From a virus (taxonomy: Duplodnaviria > Heunggongvirae > Uroviricota > Caudoviricetes), in the IMG/VR virus record IMGVR_UViG_2802429240_000006, positions 1 to 28,156 of that record: a stretch of 28,156 bases of DNA. One strand, written 5' to 3'. The position numbers and the translations under genes are program-made. Under the pieces are notes generated by a model. That model searched no databases. It saw only the letters and a list, made by a program, of their open reading frames with translations, and was not told the DNA's origin. Shown in pieces: positions 18,431 to 27,159 of this stretch (the stretch's first letter is position 1; each line of letters opens with the position of its first letter).

Positions 18431-18664
18431 TTAGTTAGCAATGAAAATTGAATTAAAGTAGTTACCATCTTTTGAGGCAATCACTTTACCTGAACTACGT
18501 GAAATAATGTTAACTCGCATATTTATTGTTGGGTTTGCGGTATACATCATAAATTTAAGTTTATAATTCCTTTCAAGCATGATTCGTTTGGATGGTGCTT
18601 GCTTATCAAAAAAATTAGTTGGTCCCATATTACCCGTGACTGAAAGGTTACAAGAGCTCGGCAT
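18431..18664 (-). CDS. Hypothetical small protein (77 aa) in AT-rich cassette; coding status doubtful
   Basis: ORF from track; no good RBS before the first ATG, internal ATG at codon 13 has a weak GGG; AT-rich like the lipoprotein gene. Confidence 0.3.
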   Translation of the reverse strand: MPSSCNLSVTGNMGPTNFFDKQAPSKRIMLERNYKLKFMMYTANPTINMRVNIISRSSGKVIASKDGNYFNSIFIAN

Positions 18665-18723
18665 ATATAATTCAAAGCTTCTGCTATCATAGCAAAATAG
18701 TTCGGCTTCATATGGAAAGCGTT

Positions 18724-19155
18724 TTATCGAAGCAGTATTGAATTCTTTTTCATTTTTTTTGATTCTTCCTCTGCTTCCCTTTTAATATCTTCTATTCTCT
18801 TTTGTTGTTCGCGTTCTTCTTTTTCTTTTTGAGCTTTTCTTTCATCTTCAGTCACAAAAACAACATGTACATCATTTGACCATCTGCCAGTTGATTGTAG
18901 ATAACCTTGAGAATATGAGCCATCAGATAATGTAGCGATTGCTGGTCGCTCAGTAAAATCATCTGAACCATAAATCATGCCACCTGTGTAATCAATTCTT
19001 GTGGCTTTAATTGCTCTGTGGCTATTTATAGTATTTAGTATTCTTTCATTTGTGTACCCACTAATTAACAAACCGTCGGCAAGGTTAGTTTGTTGTTCGT
19101 ATGGAACGCAGCCAACTACCGAAAATGAAATCAATAAAGAAATTAACTTTTTCAC
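18724..19155 (-). CDS. Lipoprotein with ER/K-rich charged C-terminal tail (accessory / moron gene)
   Basis: GTG start with AGGG RBS; signal peptide MKKLISLLISFSVVGC with lipobox VVGC, Cys followed by V (not D); C-terminus ERKAQKEKEEREQQKRIEDIKREAEEESKKMKK; strongly AT-rich relative to flanking genes. Confidence 0.65.
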   Translation of the reverse strand: MKKLISLLISFSVVGCVPYEQQTNLADGLLISGYTNERILNTINSHRAIKATRIDYTGGMIYGSDDFTERPAIATLSDGSYSQGYLQSTGRWSNDVHVVFVTEDERKAQKEKEEREQQKRIEDIKREAEEESKKMKKNSILLR

Positions 19156-19176
19156 AACTTACCCTTGAGATTAACT

Positions 19177-20403
19177 ATGTCAGAAATACCAATTACTATG
19201 ACCAGTGCGGGTGCGCAGCCTACGCCACCCAATGATTTGCTTGCGAATCTTATCACCAGAGTTGCTGAAAAAGTACCTGGATATACAGCCAACCTTCCGG
19301 CGGGACTTATTACAGACCTTGCCAGCACGGCAGTCGGGGCGCTGGCATTAATAGACCAGGCGCGGGTTGATCTTATTAACTCCGTAAGCCCATACGGCGC
19401 GAATATTCCGTTACTGATGCAACTCGGAAACATATATGGAGCACAGAAGGGATTAAGTACAAATACGGCTGTATACGTGGTGTTTGAGGCGTTGCCGGGG
19501 TTTGGTATCCCTAAAGGATTTGTGGTTGGAGACGGTAACTACCAGTATGCGGTTTCCCGCGATACGGTGGTGCCGGAAAGTGGGCAGACTGAACCAGTCT
19601 ACTGTGTGGCCACTACGTCAGGCTCATGGGCTGTACCGGAAGGGACCGTGACGCAGGTCATTACATCAGTACCCAAAGACCAGCCTGTAAAATGCACCAA
19701 CCTAACCGCAGGGATGCCAGGTCAGGAGGCGCAAACGTGGGCATCATACCGCGCCGAAGTCATGGAGTCCGGCATGTTTGGTGTGCAGGGAACACCGGAT
19801 TGCTTTAAAGCGATGCTCAAATCAGTAAGCGGTGTGCGAGAAAACCTGATTTCTTTCCGGCAGTCGTCGTTGGGGAAATGGGTTGCGGTTGTTGGTGGCG
19901 GTGATCCGTATGATGTGGCTTATGCGATTTACAAATCTGTACCGGATATTTCGAAACTGACCAACGATGTTAGCAATCCATCCGGTGCGGCAGTGGAAAA
20001 ACGCACGGTTTCAATAACCGTTTCGCCGGACGTTTATCAGGTGCCGTTCGTTATCCCGTCATCACAAAACGTCATGGTGCTAATCACCTGGAACACGGTG
20101 TCTGATGATTATGTTGATCCGGCGGGTATTGCTATGGCTGTGCAGCAAAACGTTGCTGATTACATCAATTCTATTGAAGTCGGTCACCCGATAAATCTGC
20201 TGCGAATCCAGGATATTTTTACCAGCTCCGTAAAATTGCTGGTTGATGCGACGTTGATCTCAACAATCAGTGTGAGCATTGGTATTAACGGCCATATTGT
20301 TCTTCCGGCAAAAGACACAAGCCTGGTTTATGGCGATACCTATTCCTATTTTTCAACGGTGGCATCACAGGTTCAGGTCAACAAGTATGCAATATCTGAC
20401 TGA
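19177..20403 (+). CDS. Putative baseplate protein J-like
   Basis: ATG 19177 (track start TTG 19165); ~408 aa; position before I-like and tail fiber genes. Confidence 0.5.
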   Translation: MSEIPITMTSAGAQPTPPNDLLANLITRVAEKVPGYTANLPAGLITDLASTAVGALALIDQARVDLINSVSPYGANIPLLMQLGNIYGAQKGLSTNTAVYVVFEALPGFGIPKGFVVGDGNYQYAVSRDTVVPESGQTEPVYCVATTSGSWAVPEGTVTQVITSVPKDQPVKCTNLTAGMPGQEAQTWASYRAEVMESGMFGVQGTPDCFKAMLKSVSGVRENLISFRQSSLGKWVAVVGGGDPYDVAYAIYKSVPDISKLTNDVSNPSGAAVEKRTVSITVSPDVYQVPFVIPSSQNVMVLITWNTVSDDYVDPAGIAMAVQQNVADYINSIEVGHPINLLRIQDIFTSSVKLLVDATLISTISVSIGINGHIVLPAKDTSLVYGDTYSYFSTVASQVQVNKYAISD

Positions 20404-21013
20404 GAAAATTCTCCCTGCTTATCCATTTGTGCAGTACAGAGATGATCCGAATGTTGTTGCGTTCTTTGATGCATACAATGAAATTGCTCAGGAATACCTC
20501 GATTCACTCAACAATCTGGCATTGCCATGCTGGACATCGGAATCAATAACCGGGCAATTGCTGGACTGGATTGCACTCGGGATTTATGGCGTTGAAAGGC
20601 CTTTACTACAGGTTTCCGAGGAGGCTATTGCACGCGGCGCATACGATACCATTGAATACAATACGATCCCGTATGCCGCAATGCGGAATTACGTTCCGGG
20701 GCAGGCATCGTATGTACCTGATGATTATTTCAAACGAATATTAACGTGGAATTTTTATAAGGCTGACGGTTCGCATTTCTGCATTGACTGGTTAAAGCGA
20801 CGTGTGGCGCGGTTCATTCATGGAAAAAACGGAATAGACCCGCCGTTGCAGCACACTTTTGATGTGAGTGTGACAGTATCGGACAGCGTTTTTTCTATTC
20901 AGATACCAGAGTATGGCGATGGTATAGGCTATTTTCTGAAAGATGCCATTGACCAGAAATATGTAAAACTCCCTTTTATTTATTCCTATGCAACAACGGT
21001 GATTCAAAAATGA
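20387..21013 (+). CDS. Putative tail protein I-like (fiber attachment)
   Basis: ATG at 20387 (M37 of track ORF 20279..21013) overlapping the upstream gene end; 208 aa; gene order J-I-fiber. Confidence 0.4.
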   Translation: MQYLTEKILPAYPFVQYRDDPNVVAFFDAYNEIAQEYLDSLNNLALPCWTSESITGQLLDWIALGIYGVERPLLQVSEEAIARGAYDTIEYNTIPYAAMRNYVPGQASYVPDDYFKRILTWNFYKADGSHFCIDWLKRRVARFIHGKNGIDPPLQHTFDVSVTVSDSVFSIQIPEYGDGIGYFLKDAIDQKYVKLPFIYSYATTVIQK

Positions 21014-22521
21014 TTCTTGGATTTGGCAATAACGTTGTTTCAGCACTGGCTGGTGATATCACCACGATTCAGACTGATATTCCGGTAATGCCCGGTACAG
21101 GGGCTAAATTTGCAAAATTGCTTTCTGCCGATTTTGAAAATAAATCGAACGGGCAACGTGTCTATGCAAAAATTACGCTTACCGATAATAAAGAGTCTGC
21201 ATTTGAGATTTGTCACCTGGTATCGGTAAGCGGTGATGTGTTGAAAGTCATTCGTGGGCAGGAAGGAACAACCGCGAAAGGTTGGTCCCTTAATGACGTT
21301 GTGGCTAACTTTGCCACGCGTGGTTCGGAAAACCATTTCGTACAGATAGCGCAGCTTCAGAGTGGTCATTATATTGCGGGAGTTGCTGGCGGCACTGCAA
21401 ACGCGCTGACTCTGGAGCTTCCCGCGACGTTTTTTGTTAATGGAGGTACAGACTGGACGCTACGAACCCCGATTATCGTTTTCCCCGTTCAGAACAATAC
21501 CAATGCCGCGACACTTCAATTAACACTGGGCGGAAAGGTTCTTGGTACGTTCCCGCTTTATAAGGGGAACAAGTCCGAGCTGGTAGCGAACGATATCATT
21601 AAAGGCATTCCCTTAATTTGTCTTCTTGATAGCGAGAAAAGCTATTTCAGCGTGATAAACCCTGGCAATATCTATTCAGATTTTGATCTGCGATATGTAA
21701 AAAAATCTGGTGATTTGATGACCGGGGAACTGAAAATCCGTGGTGTTAATGCGCTGAGGATTTTCAACGAAGCCTTTGGTCTGATTTTTCGTCGTTCGGA
21801 AGAGTGCCTGCACCTTATCCCTACCAGTGAAGGTCAGGGCGAGAATGGCGATATTGGTCCACTTCGACCGTTCACTATTAATCTGCGGACGGGTGAGATA
21901 TCCATGTCGCATAAAGTGTCTGTTGGCGGCGGTTCTCAGGTCAATGGTGCGCTGGGTATCGGCGTTCAGAACGCGCTGGGTGGAAACTCAATTGCTTTCG
22001 GGGATAACGATACAGGTATAAAACAAAACGGCGACGGCATTCTGGATGTTTATGCGAATGGACAGCATGTATTTCGTTTCCAGAATGGTGGGGCGATAGC
22101 GTTAAAAAATATTCAAGCCGGAAATGCTAAAAAATTCACGTTATCCAGCGCCAACAACTCCACGAAAAACGCAGCGTTTAATTTATGGGGCAATTCGTCC
22201 CGCCCTGTAGTTGCAGAGCTTGGCGATGATTCCGGCTGGCATTTTTACAGTCAAAGGAATACGGATAACAGCATAACGTTCGCTGTAAACGGGCAGATGG
22301 TTCCATCAAACTACGGAAACTTTGATGCCCGCTATCAGACCAAAACAGGCGGTGTGCAGGATGTGCGTCTGGGAAGCGCCATTGGTATTGGACGCGGGGG
22401 AAATGCGCCATCAGGTCATTTACTGAGTGGTGTTGATGGCGGTGAAAGTGTGGACTGGGCCAATGCACGCCCGGTGCAGGTTCTGATTAATGGCGTCTGG
22501 CGAAATGTAGCGAGTTTGTAA
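21010..22521 (+). CDS. Tail fiber protein (first fiber)
   Basis: 503 aa after the J/I-like genes, followed by a tail fiber assembly gene. Confidence 0.45.
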   Translation: MILGFGNNVVSALAGDITTIQTDIPVMPGTGAKFAKLLSADFENKSNGQRVYAKITLTDNKESAFEICHLVSVSGDVLKVIRGQEGTTAKGWSLNDVVANFATRGSENHFVQIAQLQSGHYIAGVAGGTANALTLELPATFFVNGGTDWTLRTPIIVFPVQNNTNAATLQLTLGGKVLGTFPLYKGNKSELVANDIIKGIPLICLLDSEKSYFSVINPGNIYSDFDLRYVKKSGDLMTGELKIRGVNALRIFNEAFGLIFRRSEECLHLIPTSEGQGENGDIGPLRPFTINLRTGEISMSHKVSVGGGSQVNGALGIGVQNALGGNSIAFGDNDTGIKQNGDGILDVYANGQHVFRFQNGGAIALKNIQAGNAKKFTLSSANNSTKNAAFNLWGNSSRPVVAELGDDSGWHFYSQRNTDNSITFAVNGQMVPSNYGNFDARYQTKTGGVQDVRLGSAIGIGRGGNAPSGHLLSGVDGGESVDWANARPVQVLINGVWRNVASL

Positions 22522-22523
22522 TT

Positions 22524-23072
22524 ATGATGCACTTAAAAAATATTACGGCACAAAATCCCAAAACAATTGAGCAATACCAGCTGGCGCGGCAGCATAAATT
22601 TTTATTGTGGCTGTTCTCCGATGATGGTCAGGAATGGCACGAAGCCCAGGAAAAATTTCAGCCAGACACTCTGAAAGTTATTTATGTTGAAACTGGCGAA
22701 GTGGTCTGGGTTGGAAAAGACATCACCTCAATCTGCCCGGAAAATAAAAGCGTGATTGAGCTACCGGATATTACCGCCAATCGTCGCATTGAGGCGTCGG
22801 GTTACTGGTTTTACCGCAATGATGAATTTGTTTTCGATTACAAATTAAAAGCAGAAGACGAGCGTGATGCACTGTTAAAACAGGTCAGCATCATGACCAG
22901 CGAATGGGAAAAAGACCTGCTACTGGGATTAATCAGCGACGAAGACAGGGAAAAACTGAAAGCATGCCGTATTTATGCGAAAGCACTACAGCAGATGACA
23001 TTCAGCCAGATTACAGATAAAGCATCGTATGCCGCGATTGTATGGCCCGTCTCTCCTGAAGCCTCTTCCTGA
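22524..23072 (+). CDS. Tail fiber assembly protein (Tfa-type chaperone)
   Basis: 182 aa; C-terminal region LKACRIYAKALQQ...AAIVWPVSP resembles the conserved C-terminal WP..P motif of Tfa chaperones. Confidence 0.5.
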   Translation: MMHLKNITAQNPKTIEQYQLARQHKFLLWLFSDDGQEWHEAQEKFQPDTLKVIYVETGEVVWVGKDITSICPENKSVIELPDITANRRIEASGYWFYRNDEFVFDYKLKAEDERDALLKQVSIMTSEWEKDLLLGLISDEDREKLKACRIYAKALQQMTFSQITDKASYAAIVWPVSPEASS

Positions 23073-23095
23073 TTTAATTTATCGCGAGAAAAACT

Positions 23096-26000
23096 ATGTC
23101 TGTAGTGATATCAGGTGCGCTGATAGATGGCGCAGGCATCCCTATGTCCGGATGCCACATAATTCTGAAATCCCGGGTAAACACCTCAGAAGTGGTGATG
23201 CGCACAGTTGCTGACGTGGTGACAGGAAACTGTGGCGAGTACTGTTTTAAGGCGCAGACCGGAAAATATTGCGTATATCTGAAACAGGACTGGCGCGATG
23301 AGTACTGTGTTGGCGACATTGCTGTATACGATGACTCAAAGCCCGGCACGCTGAACGACTTTCTGACTGCCCTTGATGAAGGCGACCTCAAACCCGACGT
23401 GGTGAAACGCTTTGAGGAAATGGTGGCGCAGGCGCAGCAGAGCGCGGAAGCGGCAGCGGAAAGCGAACAACAGGCCGGGAAACATGTTGCTGATGCGCAA
23501 CAAATCAAGAGCGACTGCGAGACGCTGGCGGATAACGTACAGCAGAATGCAGAAGCCGTTGCCGAAGATAAAAAGCAGGTGGCACAGCTGGCATCATCTG
23601 CCACACAGGATGCGGCACGCGCAGAGCAGGCCGTCAAGGATGCCGACCTGATAGTCCAGAAAGCGGTCGATAAACTTGGTGAAGCTGCAACGCTGACCGG
23701 TGAGGCAAAAGCCAGCGCCGAAGCGGCAGCAAAAAGCGAGCAGAGCGCGAAACAGCACAGGGACGAGGCGCAACGGATAGTTGATGACCTGAAGGGAACC
23801 AACGCCAGCACGACGCAAAAAGGCCTGGTGCAACTCTGTAGTGATACAGACAACGACAGCGAAGAACTGGCAGCCACACCAAAAGCCGTCAAAGCCGTCA
23901 TGGACGAGACGAAAACAAAAGCGCCGCTGGACAGCCCGGCGTTCACCGGCACGCCCACCACACCAACCCCGCCGGACGATGCGACCGGGCTGGAGATGGC
24001 GAACGCGGCATTTGTCCGCAAACTGCTCGCCACGCTGGTTGACTCATCACCGGAAGCCCTCGACACGCTGAACGAGCTGGCAGCGGCACTGGGCAATGAC
24101 CCGAACTTTGCGACAACAATCATGAACGCGCTGGCGGGTAAACAACCACTCAGCGACGTGTTAACCGCTATCAGTAATCTGGAAGAGCGGGCAGATAACC
24201 TTCTGTGCTTTAATCAGGACGGGAATGCTTCACTGTCTCCGCTGTCGGAGAAAGCCCGGTCACTGCTGGCACAGGCCACAGTGGAAGCCATGCGCAATGA
24301 GCTTGAGCTGAAAAGCGCAGCGGTAAGGGACATTCAGACAGACATTTACGACAGCACGGAAGGCCGTGTTGCGCTTCCCGGTGCGTATGGTTACGGAATG
24401 ACGGACGCCGGAGCACGTTCAGTTATTGCCAGCGATATGGCGACTGTAGCCAGAACTGCACACAACCTGCACCCGGGACGGTATTACACCTTTTCCACAC
24501 AAACGGAAGAGACGACCGGAATAACAGAAATTATCTGGCTGGATAACAACTGGGGCGACAAAACCAGCCAGACAGCAACAAAGCTGGTTCTGTTTTTTGG
24601 AAAAGACGGACGGATTCTTATGACCGTTCGTGGCGATAATATCTCCGCCCCGGTCACCTGGACGAATCTGACGCCACAACTTGGCAATGCAGCACAGAAG
24701 GATGCGCAGGAGAATATTTACGACCGCACCGAAGGTCGTCTGGCGATTCCCGGCATGTTCGGTTTCGGGAAAATATTTTCCAGTAGCGACAGAACTGAAT
24801 TTAAATCAGGGACTGATTTTCTCAGGTGGGTAAAAACAGCAAAACCCGGTCGTTATACCGTATTTGCGGACACAAATGTGGTGGTACCTGGCATACAGAC
24901 AAACGGTGTTATTGAAATTATCTGGCCACAACCTAAAACCAGCCCGAATGATGAGTATGCCTATAAGATAATTATTTATTACGGTGTTAATGGTCATATT
25001 TATTATAACCGTTGCGCGGTGGCATCAGATGGTGGTTATCTGGTTGGCTGGGAAAACCTGAAGGTTGATGAGGCTTCACTCAGGGCACTGATTGAAGCCC
25101 GCGCACCACTGAAAAGTCCGGCACTGACCGGAACTCCGACAGCACCAACACCGCCGGATGATGCAGCAGGTAATGAAATAGCCAATGCGGAGTTTGTCCG
25201 CAAACTGCTCGCTGCGCTGGTTGACTCATCACCTGAAGCCCTGGACACGCTGAACGAGCTGGCAGCGGCGCTGGGTAATGACCCGAACTTTGCGACAACG
25301 GTCACTAATGCACTGGCAGGTAAACAGCCGCTTAATGACGTGTTAACGGCTGTCAGCCAGATAATACCGGAAGAAAACACGCTGCCTTATTTCAGTGAAG
25401 AGGGCCGGATTTTACTGGCGCAGCTGTCAGAAAAAGCCCGCGCATTACTGGCACTGGACACACCTGAAGCCATGCGCACGGAGCTTGAGCTGAAAGCGGC
25501 TGCGACGATGGAACCCCAGAGCGATATCCGCGACCGTACACCGGGCAGGCTGGCGCTGTCCGGTATGCATGGATTTGGTCAGGCATTTGCCAGCACTGAA
25601 GCCCTGGCGTTTGAGGGACTGTCTGATTTCGTTGAATGGCTGAAGAAAGTCACGCCGGGGCGGTATGCGGTCAGTATTACAGATTCATCACAACTGCTTA
25701 CCGGTACCACGCAATTTAACGGCATTATTGACGTGATGTGGTCCCCGTACGCCAACAGTGAATCTGACACAGTCCGCAAATTTAAAACCCTGATGTGTTA
25801 CAACCAGTATTATCAGGGTGAACACTGCATTCACTATATGCAGTACCGGTACAACGACAGCGATAACAGCTGGAACATGTCATCGCGGGTAGTTGTCTAC
25901 GACGGAGATTCACTGGCGTACCTGTTGTCCAGGATGGCGGGCTCAGGCTCATATTTCAAATACCCGGCAGTGGGTGTTCCGGTGCTGGCTGTTTATCGCG

Positions 26001-26239
26001 GAACAACTTCCGGGGATAAAGAAATCAAAATTGGCCTGGGTGATGTGGTGCAGGGGTCACAACTGGGCGGAGTTAATCTTTCGTGCACAATATCTTCTGC
26101 CGGGCCTGGCTCTTACGGTTCAACACCAAGTGCAGGAGCAACAGGGTACACTTTTCCGGGGCGTTATATGGCGTTATCCGGGGTCAGGGACTCTTACGGA
26201 ACAAGCGGTCGTATCTGCCTGTTTGTGCGCATCGAGTAA
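23096..26239 (+). CDS. Side tail fiber protein, lambdoid Stf-like (second fiber)
   Basis: 1047 aa; N-terminus MSVVISGALIDGAGIPMSGCHIILKSR...VYDDSKPGTLNDFL closely resembles the E. coli prophage Stf N-terminal domain; conserved fiber motif LAATPKAVKAV; two internal duplicated modules. Confidence 0.8.
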   Translation: MSVVISGALIDGAGIPMSGCHIILKSRVNTSEVVMRTVADVVTGNCGEYCFKAQTGKYCVYLKQDWRDEYCVGDIAVYDDSKPGTLNDFLTALDEGDLKPDVVKRFEEMVAQAQQSAEAAAESEQQAGKHVADAQQIKSDCETLADNVQQNAEAVAEDKKQVAQLASSATQDAARAEQAVKDADLIVQKAVDKLGEAATLTGEAKASAEAAAKSEQSAKQHRDEAQRIVDDLKGTNASTTQKGLVQLCSDTDNDSEELAATPKAVKAVMDETKTKAPLDSPAFTGTPTTPTPPDDATGLEMANAAFVRKLLATLVDSSPEALDTLNELAAALGNDPNFATTIMNALAGKQPLSDVLTAISNLEERADNLLCFNQDGNASLSPLSEKARSLLAQATVEAMRNELELKSAAVRDIQTDIYDSTEGRVALPGAYGYGMTDAGARSVIASDMATVARTAHNLHPGRYYTFSTQTEETTGITEIIWLDNNWGDKTSQTATKLVLFFGKDGRILMTVRGDNISAPVTWTNLTPQLGNAAQKDAQENIYDRTEGRLAIPGMFGFGKIFSSSDRTEFKSGTDFLRWVKTAKPGRYTVFADTNVVVPGIQTNGVIEIIWPQPKTSPNDEYAYKIIIYYGVNGHIYYNRCAVASDGGYLVGWENLKVDEASLRALIEARAPLKSPALTGTPTAPTPPDDAAGNEIANAEFVRKLLAALVDSSPEALDTLNELAAALGNDPNFATTVTNALAGKQPLNDVLTAVSQIIPEENTLPYFSEEGRILLAQLSEKARALLALDTPEAMRTELELKAAATMEPQSDIRDRTPGRLALSGMHGFGQAFASTEALAFEGLSDFVEWLKKVTPGRYAVSITDSSQLLTGTTQFNGIIDVMWSPYANSESDTVRKFKTLMCYNQYYQGEHCIHYMQYRYNDSDNSWNMSSRVVVYDGDSLAYLLSRMAGSGSYFKYPAVGVPVLAVYRGTTSGDKEIKIGLGDVVQGSQLGGVNLSCTISSAGPGSYGSTPSAGATGYTFPGRYMALSGVRDSYGTSGRICLFVRIE
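23925..24175 (+). repeat. Internal direct repeat copy A within the Stf gene
   Basis: Near-identical to copy B, e.g. 24036-24118 vs 25216-25298 differ at only a few positions by eye. Confidence 0.6.
25105..25355 (+). repeat. Internal direct repeat copy B within the Stf gene
   Basis: See copy A; encodes KSPALTGTPTAPTPPDD...VDSSPEALDTLNELAAALGNDPNFATT. Confidence 0.6.
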
Positions 26240-26252
26240 CGGGGAATAAAAC

Positions 26253-26825
26253 ATGAAAATCAGAGCGGTAAAAGGCATCAGAAACGCCCATTATCTCGAA
26301 AATGGTGCGGTTGACTGCGAGGTGTTATTTGAAGGTGAAACGGAATTCGTCCTGTATACCGCCATGCAGGATGATACCGCCCCGACAGGCCAGCGCATCT
26401 GGGAGGAGTTACAGAGCGGCAAATGGGGTGAAATCGCCCCGTTCACCGTCACGCCTGAACTTATCGCAGCGGCAAAAGATGCCAAAAAGATGGAAATCGA
26501 GGCATGGCGCGCAGAACAGGAGTCGCAGCCGTTCACGTTCGAATGGAACGGTCGCACCTGGAATGCTGGCCCCGACTCAATGGCTCGTCTTTATCCGGCA
26601 GTAATGGCATCAAAGTCTGACACAGCGCGAAAAACCATGGTATGGGGCGATGCGGAAAACCAGCAGGTGAAACTGTCGATGCAGAAACTGGATGAGCTGC
26701 TTACTGCAATGGCGCAGGCACAGGTCGATCGCAATGACGAGATATATCGTCGCCAGCGTGAGATGAAGGATGAACTGAATAGTCTGGAGGATTTGAATTC
26801 GGTTAGGAATTTTATCGTGGAATAA
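26253..26825 (+). CDS. Putative tail fiber assembly / chaperone protein for the Stf-like fiber
   Basis: 190 aa immediately downstream of Stf with GGGGAA RBS; no Tfa C-terminal motif recognised, so the call rests on position. Confidence 0.4.
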   Translation: MKIRAVKGIRNAHYLENGAVDCEVLFEGETEFVLYTAMQDDTAPTGQRIWEELQSGKWGEIAPFTVTPELIAAAKDAKKMEIEAWRAEQESQPFTFEWNGRTWNAGPDSMARLYPAVMASKSDTARKTMVWGDAENQQVKLSMQKLDELLTAMAQAQVDRNDEIYRRQREMKDELNSLEDLNSVRNFIVE

Positions 26826-26830
26826 CAGAA

Positions 26831-26865
26831 GCTGCGGCACGTCGTATGCAAGAACGTGCCGCAGC
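26831..26865 (+). terminator. GC-rich hairpin after the last phage gene (terminator-like, no T tract)
   Basis: GCTGCGGCACGT-11 nt-ACGTGCCGCAGC, 12 bp perfect inverted repeat starting 6 nt after the stop codon. Confidence 0.35.
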
Positions 26866-27133
26866 TGGCTGACGTACGTTCGATAATGCGAAACTGAATG
26901 AAAGTCAGCCGGAAATAATCTTACATAATTGTTGAGAAATTATTCAACTCATAGATTGCTTATTTCTGCCTGGATTGGTCTGAAATAGTCCCGAAATTTT
27001 CTCTAAAAAACTCGAAAAAAATGGTAACTAATTGAATGCATTAATATGCAATGGTATGTGTTTGGGATTAAAAGATGAGCGTAATTTTGCTTAACACATT
27101 AATTTAAAAAGGGTTTCTTGTTTGTTGACGAAA

Positions 27134-27159
27134 ACAGGAATCGTGTTCGGTCTCTTTTT
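27134..27159 (+). other. Sequence resembling the 3' end and terminator of sRNA gene sdsR (ryeB); candidate prophage attachment core (attR side)
   Basis: ACAGGAATCGTGTTCGGTCTCTTTTT matches, from memory, the 3' terminal ~26 nt of SdsR with one mismatch; resemblance degrades upstream of ~27125. Confidence 0.35.

Larger units (their letters stand above)
1..27133. mobile_element. Prophage right arm (packaging, head, tail/baseplate and tail-fiber modules); left end lies outside the window
   Basis: Continuous + strand late-gene order terminase-portal-head-tail-fiber with overlapping start/stop codons, ending shortly before host pphA; integrase and lysogeny genes not in window. Confidence 0.85.

Noticed and set aside
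23074-24123. 349 aa minus-strand ORF (S/A-rich) antisense to the Stf fiber gene, and similar antisense ORFs at 25036..25380 and 5232..5557
   Set aside because: Low-complexity translations on the opposite strand of GC-rich repetitive coding sequence; the sense-strand genes have clear homology-like motifs and fit the operon, so these are reading-frame artefacts.
23925-25355. Diversity-generating retroelement (template/variable repeat pair) in the tail fiber
   Set aside because: Both repeats lie inside the same gene, not at its 3' end, differences are not adenine-specific by eye, and no reverse transcriptase gene is present in the window.
21010-26825. Invertible tail-fiber segment (Mu G / P1 C / e14 P type)
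   Set aside because: Both fiber-chaperone pairs are in the same orientation, I saw no flanking inverted repeats, and no Gin/Pin-type invertase gene follows; the next gene is host pphA.
26870-27130. Protein-coding moron or intact sRNA gene in the AT-rich stretch before the junction
   Set aside because: Only very short ORFs without RBS; similarity of TGCATTAATATGCA to SdsR is too weak to call from memory, so only the 3' terminal match is reported.
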